A stretch of DNA of 64,000 nt, from the NCBI GenBank assembly GCA_963727625.1, contig CAVSHR010000002.1, positions 32,001 to 96,000 of the forward strand, read 5' to 3'. The stretch is from an uncultured delta proteobacterium. Its GTDB lineage: Bacteria > Desulfobacterota > Binatia > UBA9968. How positions within the stretch are numbered: position 1 is the first letter of the stretch; the number at the start of each line of letters is the position of its first letter. A program made the position numbers and the translations under genes. This document shows positions 28,406-38,984 of this stretch, one piece after another. The notes under the pieces are model-generated. The model ran no database searches, was not told the origin of the DNA, and saw only the letters and a program-made list of their open reading frames with translations.

Positions 28406-29389
28406 ATGAATTACAAAAAAACCATGCGTGGCTTTTTGATCGGCTTATGGCTGTCGCTCTGCGCAGCGCAATCCGTCGGGGCGGCTGAAACCATCCGCGT
28501 CGCGTATCCGTCGCTGAACACTTCGGTCTTCTGCATTATCATTGCCGATAAAGAAGGCTATCTCAAAGAAGAAGGTTTCGACGTGCAACTGCTGAGCATT
28601 CGCGGCGAGATCGCGATCCGGACGGCGCTCGCGGGCGAGATCGACTACTTTACGAATGCCGGCAGCGCGCTCGCGGCGGCGGTTAGAAACGTGCCGGTTA
28701 AAATATTAACCGTCTTTCAGGACCGGCCGGCCTGGGACCTGATCGCCCAACCGAACATCAAGTCGATAGAACAGCTTCGCGGAGGCAACATCGGCATCAT
28801 GTCCCCCGAAGGTTCCCTTGCCGTGGTGGCGAGAGAAATGCTGCGGAAGCACGGCCTGGACCCGGCCAAAGATGTCAATCTCATCGTCATGGGAGGCGAT
28901 TCCGTCCGCTTTCCCGCTTTACAGACCAAATCCATCGAGGCGACTCTATTTAACACTTCAATGAGTATCGCAGCGCAGAAAGAAGGCTTTGCCAAGCTCG
29001 CAAACGCGGGTGATTACGCGACGCTCATCCAAGGCGGCATCGCGGCATCGACTGCAAAGGTCAATGAAAATCCGAAAAAACACGCGCGGTTCATTCGCGC
29101 GAGCTTGAAAGGGCTGCACTTTTTTTTGGACAAAAGAGAGCCGGCAATCAAGTACATGATGGATGCGCTCAAGATGAAGGATCGCGCCCTGGCCAATCAG
29201 ATCTACGATATTGAATCCAAGCTTTTGCTGCGCGATGGCTATAGTGACGACAAAGTTCTCCGGGGTATGATCGACGCGATGAAAAAGACCACAAAAGTGA
29301 AGCGTGACATCAAAGTGAGCGATATTTTCGAGTTGAGCTTTATCAAAAACGCAGCCGAAGAGCTCAATGCGAGCGGCTGGAAGCCATAG
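28406..29389 (+). CDS. ABC transporter substrate-binding protein, NMT1/TauA-like
   Basis: AAGGAG RBS, signal peptide, IRVAYPS, GYLKEEG.DV. Confidence 0.85.
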   Translation: MNYKKTMRGFLIGLWLSLCAAQSVGAAETIRVAYPSLNTSVFCIIIADKEGYLKEEGFDVQLLSIRGEIAIRTALAGEIDYFTNAGSALAAAVRNVPVKILTVFQDRPAWDLIAQPNIKSIEQLRGGNIGIMSPEGSLAVVAREMLRKHGLDPAKDVNLIVMGGDSVRFPALQTKSIEATLFNTSMSIAAQKEGFAKLANAGDYATLIQGGIAASTAKVNENPKKHARFIRASLKGLHFFLDKREPAIKYMMDALKMKDRALANQIYDIESKLLLRDGYSDDKVLRGMIDAMKKTTKVKRDIKVSDIFELSFIKNAAEELNASGWKP

Positions 29390-29720
29390 CGCTTACAACC
29401 CAACAAAAAATTTGGGTATCGGTGCGCCCCTGGCGCGGCGAATTATTTCGAGGATATGAACGCGGGATCGGCGTAGGTGTCCCAAGGCCCGCGTCCGGGA
29501 ATCCTTGAATGTTTGATCTTGTCGGAGCAGTTGAGCAAAACTCTGCTACCGGCCTCGACGGATCTAAAATTATACGGTGGCGTTTCGGCTAAGGAAGCCG
29601 CGACCCGGCCCCGAATCCACGGCTTGAAATCTTTCCAGGCTGCCGCTGACAAAGAGCAGCGGTAGGCCGATGGCGGAATGCCGCCGCGGCGTTGCATGGC
29701 ATCGTTAAAGATCGTCGTGG

Positions 29721-30809
29721 TCATTTTTCTTCGTATTCCTTGAGCGCATCCCAGCGCGGTTCCAGGCCGAGGCCTGGCGTCTCCGGCAGGGTAACCCAAC
29801 CATGATCGGGGGCGGGCGGCTCCTTGTAGATCTTGTCGCCGACGCCCCACATTTCAAAATGGAACTCGACGCGCCAGCCATTGGCCATGGCCGCCTGCAG
29901 GTGCATGTTGTGGTGCGGCCAGCCGCCGCCGTTGGCGATCGGCAAATTGAACGCCTGCGCCAGCGCCGCTACTTTCACCGCTTCGGTGTAGCCGCCCACC
30001 GAACAGACGTTGGGCTGGGCAATGTCGATGGCGCGGTTGACGATCAGCTCGCGGTGGCGGAAACGGTGTCCTTCGTTTTGCCCGGCCGCAAGCGGGATCG
30101 AAGTGTGGCGGCGCAGGTCAGCGAGCAGCACGGCGTCGTTTTGAAAGACCGGTTCTTCGAACCAGGTGATCCGGCAGGGCTCGACCAGCTTGCATAGCTC
30201 CAACGCGCGGTTGAACGAAAAAAGATAGTTGGCATCGATCATCAGCTCGACGTCGTCGCTGACCGCGTCGCGCACCGCGTGGACGCGGTCGGCATCGACT
30301 TTTGGATTCTCGGGGTCCACGGCGACGACCATCTTGAGCCGCTTCTCGCCCTGCGCGACCAATTGCACCGCGACCTCGACGAGCTGCTCTTTGCTGTACT
30401 GCTTGAGGCCGAACGTGACGTACGCCGGCACCGGGTTCTGGGCGCCGCCGAGCAAACGCCAGACCGGCTCTTGGTAGTGCTTACCTTTGATGTCCCAGAG
30501 CGCGATATCGATTGCACTCACCGCCGAGCTCCACATACCGGTCTGGGCGCGCGGATTGAACTGCTTGTAGAGCTGGTTCCAGATGCGCTCGGTCTCGAGC
30601 GGGCTCTTGCCGCGCAGAAAAGGCGCGACTTCACGATTGATAAATTCTTTAATGCCGAAGCGCTGCGAGCCGCGGGTAAGGCCGTAGCCGGTGATGCCTT
30701 CGTCGGTCTCGACCCTGGTAAACACGACCGCGGTGTGGATCGGCTCTTTGAGCAACGGCACCGAAACCGGGATGCGATGCAGCGTTGCGTTCACATCGGT
30801 AATTTTCAG
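29721..30809 (-). CDS. Mandelate racemase/muconate lactonizing enzyme family; probable CTG start
   Basis: AIDIALWDIKGK, DAN, WFEEP, GQNE, PGLG; GGAGG 6 nt before an in-frame CTG giving (M)KITDV. Confidence 0.88.
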   Translation of the reverse strand: MKITDVNATLHRIPVSVPLLKEPIHTAVVFTRVETDEGITGYGLTRGSQRFGIKEFINREVAPFLRGKSPLETERIWNQLYKQFNPRAQTGMWSSAVSAIDIALWDIKGKHYQEPVWRLLGGAQNPVPAYVTFGLKQYSKEQLVEVAVQLVAQGEKRLKMVVAVDPENPKVDADRVHAVRDAVSDDVELMIDANYLFSFNRALELCKLVEPCRITWFEEPVFQNDAVLLADLRRHTSIPLAAGQNEGHRFRHRELIVNRAIDIAQPNVCSVGGYTEAVKVAALAQAFNLPIANGGGWPHHNMHLQAAMANGWRVEFHFEMWGVGDKIYKEPPAPDHGWVTLPETPGLGLEPRWDALKEYEEK

Positions 30810-30936
30810 TTGACACCTCCAATTCTGCTGGCGATGACTGTTAGCTTAGATCGTCGAATCAAGTCAAACTATTTTAATCTATCTCCAATTGACATCGCCT
30901 GCGTCGGGACCTAGCCTTTAGACGTTAGGATTAGAC

Positions 30937-31520
30937 ATGGTCAGGCAGCTCATCGCATTTTTTCTGACAGGGCTGCTCGCCGGGTGCGCTTCGTTTCAAG
31001 TCGGCGGGGATTTCCAGAGCGGGCGGCAAGCGTTGTTGCGCATTCAATCGGAGCAGGCGCTGCCATATTTCCTTGAAGCAGGGAAAAAGGAACCCGACTA
31101 TGTCTATGAGTCGATGTATTTTCGCGAGGGCATCTGGACCTACGTCGGACGTACCGAGTATGCCGTGGGAAAACTAAAGGAAGCTCAGCAATCGCTCGAG
31201 CGGGCGCTGGCCAAGGACAAAGACGACAACATGGCGCGGCTCTATCTCGGCCTTACGTTGATGGGCAGCGGTGAGCATGAGCGCGGTTTACCGGAGCTGA
31301 AACCGCCATGGCCGGCCTCCACGACTGGCTCGAATACATCGAGCGCGCCCGGCCCTTCGAAGCCTATTGGGGCCTTACCCGCGAAATTCGCGGCGCTATC
31401 GAAAAGGATCTCGAAAAGCTCAAAGCTAAAGATCTCGATCGCGAAGAATTGATTGCTGACCCCGAGTGGCTCGGTAAGCAGATGGAAGAAGAAATTGACC
31501 GCGCGCGCCGGGATGAGTGA
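30937..31520 (+). pseudogene. TPR-containing lipoprotein, frameshifted near 31300
   Basis: LLAGC lipobox and TPR-like helices; natural continuation MAGLHDWLEY.. is in another frame. Confidence 0.65.
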
Positions 31521-32052
31521 CGGGGCTACGAACAAGATTTTGACCCCAGGGGTGGTCTCTCAGTCGGCGCGAGGATTGGATTCCAGAGCTGCTGCCGGCC
31601 ACCCACGGGGATTTTGAAAATTGATATCTTGCGATTCAAAGCCGCCATCGGGGGTGTTCAACTTCGAACGTTGTGGCGCGATCTGTTAACCAAGCCTCGG
31701 CATTTTGCATGATCGAGCCGCGTGCCTAATGCCGGTTTGACTGTATTTCCCTGCGCTGACTAGAGATTTTCGCCCACACTGAAAATCGAACGGCACCGGC
31801 TCAATGAGCCGCGCTGGCGGTATGGGTTAAAAGAGATGTGTGGGATCATTCGAGAAAAAGACTAAAAGTCCGTATAAATCATAAGCGGTGTCGAAATTGA
31901 CCAGAAGCTCCATACCAATCAGTGAGCCAGCCGCCAATCGGCATTATCCGGGAGATTTCTGGCACCCGCATTGCTTGTGATTGATATGATTTTGCTCCAG
32001 AGATTGTCCTAGGCCGCAAGGCATCGCTAACTTAAATTCCAAGGAGGTGTTT

Positions 32053-32577
32053 ATGGCGCTTTGGAATCAAGCCACACCGGGTGAAAATAACGATAAACCC
32101 AGCAGCCCGCCGGCGACAACGCCCCAAGCCGTTGCCAGCGCGGCGCTGCAGTCGGCGGCGGTTTCGCCGCCGAAGGAAAGCGCGCCGATCGAACGGCGCG
32201 AATCCATCTTCGGTTCCGATGTCAGCATCGAGGGAAAAATCGAAGGCGACACCGGCGTGCGCATCGCCGGAAAATTCAAAGGCGATATTCAGATCAAAGG
32301 GGATTTAAATATCGAGAAAGGCGCCCGCATTACCGCGAAGATTCACGCCGCCAACGTGAGCATCGGCGGGGAGTTGGACGGTAATGTGGTCGCCACCGGC
32401 CAAGTCAAACTTTTGGAATCCGGGCAAATGATCGGCGATTTGAAGGCGAGCAGTTTGACGGTCGCGTCCGGTTCGCGCATGCGCGGCCAGGTGGAGTTTG
32501 GCTTCAGTGCCGCCGAGGTAGTCAAGTTCGTGAACGGCGGCGCCCATGAGAAGGAAAAAGATAAACCGGCTGGATGA
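32053..32577 (+). CDS. Bactofilin (polymer-forming cytoskeletal protein, CcmA family)
   Basis: AAGGAGG RBS; SIFG.DVSIEGKI.G...VRI.G.F.G.I beta-helix repeats after a Pro-rich N-terminus. Confidence 0.9.
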   Translation: MALWNQATPGENNDKPSSPPATTPQAVASAALQSAAVSPPKESAPIERRESIFGSDVSIEGKIEGDTGVRIAGKFKGDIQIKGDLNIEKGARITAKIHAANVSIGGELDGNVVATGQVKLLESGQMIGDLKASSLTVASGSRMRGQVEFGFSAAEVVKFVNGGAHEKEKDKPAG

Positions 32578-33326
32578 TTGTTCGAGGGAGTAGACGCCGG
32601 CCAAATGCTCATCGTGGCAGTGCCGATCAACGCGATCGGATGATTGCCGCCGCTTAGTCCATCTGTGAAACTCGGAAAATGCGGGACGCGACCAAACACG
32701 TGACGCAATCTCCGTAATTTCGGATCGCCTTTTCGACGCCTTCCGTCGTGTAGTTTTCCAGGCCCGGGCCGGTCGAAAGCTCCATCACGTCGAGCGGGGC
32801 CAGGCGATAAAGCTGATAGCTGCGTGCGTGCTGGAGGTCTTCATGGGCGCGCCGCTGGATCACCCCATCGCGAAAACGCGGCAGAGGTTTATAGACTTAG
32901 TCGGTCATAACCGCAAGCTCCATCCGAACTCACACTCGTACTGAGGATTCATCCGCCTATAGAAATCGTCGCTCATTCTGTCACGGTCAGTTAAGTTCTC
33001 CCGGCTTCCGGTGAACTAGCTGGAGTGAAGGGTCGCTGCCCAACCACAAATTCTACCATTAGAGAATGGGTTCGTTAGTCGAGTTTGAAGGAGAGAACAA
33101 ATCAATTCAATCTCGACTATGGCGTGAGATGTGCCGAAGCGTACAAATTAGGGTAATGGTCATAAAGGAGTCATACCTGGTGCTTGAACACTCTGGTCTC
33201 TCAAGGGGCCGGGCCGTGTCAAAACAACGATCCCCAAAGCAATGTTTATGTATAGCATCGGGGGAGACTGCCTTTTTTACCATCTCATCCGTGCCAGCGC
33301 CTGCACTTTAACTTCGCTGCGCCTCG

Positions 33327-34163
33327 TCACCTTGTCGCTGGAGGGGTTTGCAGGGGTTTCACAAACTTGAGGGTCATGCGGTCGCTCTCGCCGATGGCCT
33401 TGAGGCTCTCGTTGGCCCCCCGCAGCTCCGGAAGCAGCCGATGCACGTTTAGGGTCTCGTCATCATTGGGGTTGGCATTGATCTCCGAGACGCCGGCCAG
33501 CACGAGGCCATTCTTGAGGCCAAGCGAGATGATGTAGCCCTCGGGGATTCGGTGCAGCGTCTTAGAGCTCTGCACCGCGTCCCTGTACGGCCGCGCTCGA
33601 TGCTCCACAACGCCGAGGATGCCGCCCGGCTTCAGCACATTGAAGGCCGCCCGGAACACGCTGTCCAGTTCCGCTGCGCTGTCGTTCAGCCAATCGTGCA
33701 GGTTACGAAAGGTTAAATCCAAATCAGCGGAGCCGTCCTCTCCCAGTTTTACGCGGTCGGGGGGCGAGAACTGCATGCGCTCGACCTTGCCGAAAACTCC
33801 GGGATTGCCCGAGAGCTTTTTGACGTAAGCACCGGTGAGGTTGGCGGTGGCGGCGATGAGCTGGCCATTGTCGCGCAGCACCGGCGCCAGTATCTCCGTG
33901 TACCAGCCGCCGCCTGGCGTGAGTTCTACCACCGTCATGTTGGGGCTGAGACCGAAGAACTCCAACGTCTCGATGGGATGGCGATACTGATCACGGACCT
34001 TCTTGGTGTCGAAGCGCCAGGCGCCGGCCACCGCTTGGTGCAGCAGCGTGTGCATGTTTGAGGAAGGTGTAGCAGCCTCGCTCAGTGCCCATGTGCAGCA
34101 AATGATGGTCAATAGAACGGAACTCAGTTTATTAATGGTTTCTCTCGCTGTCGTGATGGCCAA
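33327..34163 (-). CDS. Predicted exported class I SAM-dependent methyltransferase
   Basis: RDQYRHP.ETLEFFG, E..PGGGWYT, TFRNLH, LKPGG.LGVVEHR, GESDRMTLKF. Confidence 0.85.
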   Translation of the reverse strand: MAITTARETINKLSSVLLTIICCTWALSEAATPSSNMHTLLHQAVAGAWRFDTKKVRDQYRHPIETLEFFGLSPNMTVVELTPGGGWYTEILAPVLRDNGQLIAATANLTGAYVKKLSGNPGVFGKVERMQFSPPDRVKLGEDGSADLDLTFRNLHDWLNDSAAELDSVFRAAFNVLKPGGILGVVEHRARPYRDAVQSSKTLHRIPEGYIISLGLKNGLVLAGVSEINANPNDDETLNVHRLLPELRGANESLKAIGESDRMTLKFVKPLQTPPATR

Positions 34164-34373
34164 TATTATCCCTGAATTTTTTTACCGGGCTAGGGCTCCG
34201 CTGGCCGTTTTGCGCGAAGGTTATCCGATAAGTTGGTCTTGTGCCAACTCGATCCCAGGCAATCGAGTTGACATTTAGCGCTGGATGTCCAGATAAAAAA
34301 CCTGGCAACCTTCCCAACTTCACGGACAGTCATTTAAGGCTGGCACCCCTTTTAGTAATGCTTGTGGCCCGTT

Positions 34374-35486
34374 TTACACCAGTGTTGCCAAAATCGGTTT
34401 GAGCGCCGCGGCGACGCCTTCGGCGATACGGTGCATGCCGGCGTCGTTGGGGTGTACGTTGTCGGTGACGAGAAGAAAGAGCGGATCGCCCACCAACGCG
34501 AGACCGTCCAGGAAGAATAGATTCACGTCGGTTCTTTGCCGTTCGCGCACCACGCGGACGATGCCGTCGCGGTACGCCTCGGGCCGTTCGCCATTTTGAT
34601 TGGGACCGCGTTTCAAATCGGCGCGATTCAAGATCGGCGTGATGCATAGGATCGGTTTGGTCGGTGCCGCGGCGCGGATCGTTTCGAGATAGGCATCGTA
34701 TTTAGCGGCATACTGCGATGCGGTCTCCGGCTGCCCTTCGGCGTCGGTTCCGATCAACGAATTGGTTCCGATCATGATCGTCAGCACGTCCCAATCGCTT
34801 CGGCTGGCGATGGTTTGCGCCACGATATTATCAGCCCACGCGCTGCCGCCGAAACCGTAGTTGAGCGGCACACAGCCGAGTTTTTCGGCGGCCTGCCAAA
34901 CGTAGGTCTCGCGCGGGCTGGTGACGCCGTGGCCGTGGGTGATCGAATCGCCGTGAAATAACACGCGCGGCCGGTTGTCCGACATTGCGCGTGTCAGCGA
35001 AGCCTGCGGTTCGATGCCGATACCATGCATGATGATCTCGGCATTGCGATAATAGAAGGGGAAAAGCACCTGAATTTCCGTGTCGCTGGAAATTTTCAGA
35101 TCATCGTAAATCGCCACATCTTGCCGCGTGAATTGCGTCAATGCCGCGACGCTGGAGACGTACCTGCCGTCGCAATAGAGGGAAAAAAACGACGGCCGCG
35201 AGCGCTCCCAGGCGACGCCCGGATTGTCGGGCGCGTCGGGTGAATCGATGAAGGTGCAGCGGAGAAGCAGTTTATTGGAGTCGGTGCGAAAACGCAGAGT
35301 CACGCCGGCGGGCGACTTGCCGCGCCGCGCAGTTCGCGCCGGCCAACGGTCGCGCCACACTTTCGGCACCCGCACCGGCTGCAGCCCGCCGTCGCGCGGC
35401 TCCCAGTCGGCAAGGTTTAGCCAGTCGAACCGCTCATCGCGCACCTCGAGCCATTGCAAAGCGTCGTTGGATTCTATTTTAGTCAT
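34374..35486 (-). CDS. SGNH/GDSL hydrolase
   Basis: GDSITHG, NYGFGG, GTN, D.VHPND. Confidence 0.88.
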   Translation of the reverse strand: MTKIESNDALQWLEVRDERFDWLNLADWEPRDGGLQPVRVPKVWRDRWPARTARRGKSPAGVTLRFRTDSNKLLLRCTFIDSPDAPDNPGVAWERSRPSFFSLYCDGRYVSSVAALTQFTRQDVAIYDDLKISSDTEIQVLFPFYYRNAEIIMHGIGIEPQASLTRAMSDNRPRVLFHGDSITHGHGVTSPRETYVWQAAEKLGCVPLNYGFGGSAWADNIVAQTIASRSDWDVLTIMIGTNSLIGTDAEGQPETASQYAAKYDAYLETIRAAAPTKPILCITPILNRADLKRGPNQNGERPEAYRDGIVRVVRERQRTDVNLFFLDGLALVGDPLFLLVTDNVHPNDAGMHRIAEGVAAALKPILATLV

Positions 35487-35529
35487 TTCGATTACCGGGT
35501 CGAATGGACTTCATCCTGCCGCCCTTGTC

Positions 35530-36581
35530 CTATTTCTCGCCAAGTGCCAGCGCGGGGATCACTTTGGTGCCGAACAGCTCGAGAGAGCGCATCACCTGCT
35601 CATGCTTCAGTCCGCCGAAGCTGAACATGCCGACAAGGCTGTCGGGCTTCGCCGTTGCGATCATCGCCCGGGCTTTTTATGATCACGGTATAGGGACTGC
35701 CGATCAGCGACGTGCCCCATTCATCGATACGCCGACGGTCAGGCCGCCGGGATAAGTACGGGTAACGTCGGTGAACTTAGGCAGATCGTCGGCGGGAACA
35801 GAATCGCCGCGCCAGACATTATCGGTGGCCAATTGCCAGAAGCGGGCAGTTGCGGCGGCGCTTCGCTGCCACGCCTGCTCGTCGGTATCGGCGACATAAA
35901 TGTCGCGCACCATAATGGCGTCGCCGGTGCCCGGCAGGTCGGCATGCTTGGCGCGCTCCTCGCGATAGGATTTGATCGCCCGCGCGCAATTCGCCAGCGG
36001 CTGGCGCGACAGCGCAAGGTTCCAGCCGCGGCGCGCCACCATGGGCGGGCTTTCGGGCGAGCCGCGCCGTAGTAAATCGGCGGGTGCGGCTTCTGCAACG
36101 GCTGCGGTCGGCAGGAAATCTCTTCGTAGCTCCAGGCCTTGCCGGAGTAGCTGAAGGTCTCGCCCGTCCATGAGCGCCTGAGGATGTCGATACCCTCCTC
36201 GAAGCGCGCCTGGGCGGTTTCGCGGTCGAGTCTGTGTTTGATATCATCTTTGGGAACGCCGCGGCCGACTCCGACGTTCAATCGTCCGTTGGTCAAAATG
36301 TCGAGCATGCTGCACTCCTCGGCAAAGCGCATGGGATCGTAAAGCGGTAAGACGCTGACCAGGTTTCCCATGCGCAGCCGTTCGGTGCGCGGCGCCAGCG
36401 AGGCGATGATCAAGTTCGGCGACGCTAGCATGCCGTAGTCGGAGTGATGGTGCTCGGCGAACCAGGCTTCGTCGAAGCCCAGCCGCTCGGTGAGAAGAAT
36501 CTGCTCGAGCAATTCCTCGAAGGCCTGTTTCTCCGGCACCGCGGGCCGCGATTGATTATAACTAAAAGTGCCGAACCTCAT
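35530..36581 (-). pseudogene. LLM-class flavin-dependent monooxygenase with several frameshifts
   Basis: MRFG...AEHH...PQPLQKPHPP; continues in other frames (SPESP..., GTSLIGSP, RSLELFGTKVIPAL*). Confidence 0.8.
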
Positions 36582-36757
36582 GAGTTGCTCCTCCCGCTGG
36601 TTTTCGCTCAGATAAAGCTACCGTAACTGATAGCATATTTGCTGAGCTTTGCGCGAGGAAGGAGCGGCGCGCCAAGAATGCGTTGACCCCAATTTCCACT
36701 GATGTTAAGACGGTTGGCAATACTTGACCCTCCGTTGATCGCGCAGGGGAGAATATC

Positions 36758-37561
36758 ATGGCAAAGCTCGTACTCGCCGCCGGCGTGCCGCATCCGCCCC
36801 GGCTGGTCTATGAAATGGAACATGCGCCGGGGAAAATGAAAGGCGAAGCGTTGATGAAGCAGGTGCGCGAGCAGGTGGAAAAAGCCGCTCCGGACTTGAT
36901 CATCGAAGTGGACAGCGATCATTTCGTCAATTTCTTCTACAACAATTTGCCGTCGTTCTGCGTCGGCATGGCGGAGGAAGCGCAAGGCCCGCAGGAGAGC
37001 TGGTGCCCGATGCCGCGCTATACCGTGCGCGGCCATGTGCCGCTGGCCAAAGCGCTTCTGCGCTACGGCGTGCATAGCAAGTTCGATCTCGCCGCGGCCC
37101 ATGAGCTGCGCCTTGATCACTCGCTGACCGTGCCGCTGCACTTTCTCAATCCCGGCATGGAGCTGCCGGTGGTGCCGATCTACACCAATGGCTTCGCTTC
37201 GCCCATGCCGCTGGCCACTCGCTGTCTGGCTCTGGGGCGCATGCTGCGCAAGTTTATCGAAGCTTGGGAAGGTAAGGAGCGGATTGCGTTGATCGCCAGC
37301 GGTTGTTTTGCCATGGACGTCGGCGGGCCGCTGCGCGGGTGGATCGATACCGAGTGGTCGGAGACGATTTCATCGCTGCTGCTGCGTGGCCAGTATCAAG
37401 CACTGGCGCGGCGCGCCACCGAGGAACGGATCAACCGCGCCGGCAACAACAGCGGCGAGTTGTTAAATTGGATCACTGTCACCGGGGCCGTGGGCACAAC
37501 TAAACCGCTGTTTCTCGAAAGTGATAACGGTTCGGGTTACGCCGTATGGAAATTCGAGTAG
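36758..37561 (+). CDS. Class III extradiol dioxygenase LigB-like subunit
   Basis: VPHPP, SDHFVNFF, LDHS..VPL, GELLNW. Confidence 0.82.
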   Translation: MAKLVLAAGVPHPPRLVYEMEHAPGKMKGEALMKQVREQVEKAAPDLIIEVDSDHFVNFFYNNLPSFCVGMAEEAQGPQESWCPMPRYTVRGHVPLAKALLRYGVHSKFDLAAAHELRLDHSLTVPLHFLNPGMELPVVPIYTNGFASPMPLATRCLALGRMLRKFIEAWEGKERIALIASGCFAMDVGGPLRGWIDTEWSETISSLLLRGQYQALARRATEERINRAGNNSGELLNWITVTGAVGTTKPLFLESDNGSGYAVWKFE

Positions 37562-37567
37562 GTCAAA

Positions 37568-37885
37568 ATGAGCGTCTATCAAGTCAACAAGTTGCTCTAT
37601 CTCACGGACAACGATCCGGCGATACGCAAGCGCATAATCGAGGAGCCGGAGGCGGTGCTGAACGAGTTCAAGCTTTCGCCCGAAGAACGCGAGGCGCTGA
37701 CTTCAGGGGCGGTCGGGAAGCTCTATCAGATGGGGGTGCACACTTTTCTGCTCAACCATCTTTATCGCTACGAGCTGTTCGGTGTGAACCGCGACAATTA
37801 CTTATCGCGCATCCGCGAAGGCATGCCGTACGATCCGCGCTTCGAGCTGGGCAACCTGCCGGTGCAAAGATTTCTCAAGGGATAA
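37568..37885 (+). CDS. LigA-like dioxygenase small subunit
   Basis: MS.Y..NK, LSPEEREAL..G....L...GVH, directly after the LigB-like gene. Confidence 0.75.
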   Translation: MSVYQVNKLLYLTDNDPAIRKRIIEEPEAVLNEFKLSPEEREALTSGAVGKLYQMGVHTFLLNHLYRYELFGVNRDNYLSRIREGMPYDPRFELGNLPVQRFLKG

Positions 37886-38114
37886 TCAGAACGATGAAGC
37901 AAAACGCACTCGGGCACGTCGGTTCAGTATCCGCTTCGCTGAGGGCCAAGTTCTCCAATCGGCTCAATGGTTGCCCGCGGCTCTGTTCGATCACTATTGT
38001 CTTGGCATTGGCGGGGGTTTCCTACCGAGATGTTCGGCCAGTGTGAAGAGTGGTTATTGCATTCGCACTTCCTTTTGCGTTAATCAAAGAGAAATAAAAA
38101 GTGGAGTTTAGTCA

Positions 38115-38435
38115 ATGAAACAAACTTGCTTCGTATGTCAAAATGTTGATTGTCTAAGCCGCGGCTCGGAAAAGCTCATGGAAGAGTTGACCAAACAGGT
38201 CGAGGCTCGAGGGGTCGAGGCCGAGGTTAAACCGTATATCTGCTTTGGCGGATGCGACTTCGGGCCGAACATCGTCGTTCATCCGCAGAAAAACTGGTAC
38301 GCCGGCGTCAAACCGGAAGATCTGCCCGAGATTATCAAATCATTGACCGACGGCCAGCCGGTCGCTCGGCTCGACACCATTGATCCTTCCTTGAAAGAGA
38401 TCGTCTATTCGCTGCTTGATACCGGGGTGTTTTGA
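38115..38435 (+). CDS. Thioredoxin-like [2Fe-2S] ferredoxin
   Basis: VCQNVDC..RGS, CFGGC.FGPN. Confidence 0.88.
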   Translation: MKQTCFVCQNVDCLSRGSEKLMEELTKQVEARGVEAEVKPYICFGGCDFGPNIVVHPQKNWYAGVKPEDLPEIIKSLTDGQPVARLDTIDPSLKEIVYSLLDTGVF

Positions 38436-38458
38436 AAACGCTTGCCCCTAAAGTGTTA

Positions 38459-38860
38459 TCAAATTCGCCGCGATTCGAGTCTTTCGACGGCGCGGACGAA
38501 AACCTTCATTCCTTCTGCGTTGACAATTTCCACGTCGGTTCCGGAAGCGACCACTTGGTCGGCCGGAAGGGCGACGGCGAGCCAGAGCTCGCCGCGGACC
38601 CGGACATAACCGCTCGGGTTCAAATCCCCCTGCGCAATGCCGTGCGCGCCGATCAGCGCCGCCGAACCAGTTTTCGCGCCGTCCTCATAGGCATGGCGAA
38701 GAAGCGGATAGAGAATCAGGTCTTTTACCAGCCAGGCAAAAAAGCACAGCAGCGCGAGCCAGCGGGGTAACAATTGCCAATGCCAAAGAACGCTCAGCAC
38801 CGTTGCTGTGGCCAGCCAGCCGGGAATTTGCAGCAGTAAATATTTTTTCCAAGTCGACAC
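38459..38860 (-). CDS. NfeD-like membrane protein
   Basis: Two TM segments then LIG..G.....L.PSG.VRVRGELW.A; start approximate. Confidence 0.8.
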   Translation of the reverse strand: MSTWKKYLLLQIPGWLATATVLSVLWHWQLLPRWLALLCFFAWLVKDLILYPLLRHAYEDGAKTGSAALIGAHGIAQGDLNPSGYVRVRGELWLAVALPADQVVASGTDVEIVNAEGMKVFVRAVERLESRRI

Positions 38861-38984
38861 GGCGCCGACGGGTCTTGCAACTTCCAACTTCAGGGTCTTG
38901 TGCCAAACGCGCCGCCGCCGTGGATGCGACGACGGCGCCCATGGTTCATTAGCTCGCCATTCCGGCCGCAGCAAGCGGTGGGAG

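Noticed and set aside
31518-31520. TGA followed by an open frame as another Sec site
   Set aside because: No Cys-type redox context, and the gene is already frameshifted; a true stop or a nonsense mutation is more likely.
32600-33320. Short ORFs between the bactofilin and the methyltransferase
   Set aside because: No recognisable motifs or RBS; possibly decayed sequence.
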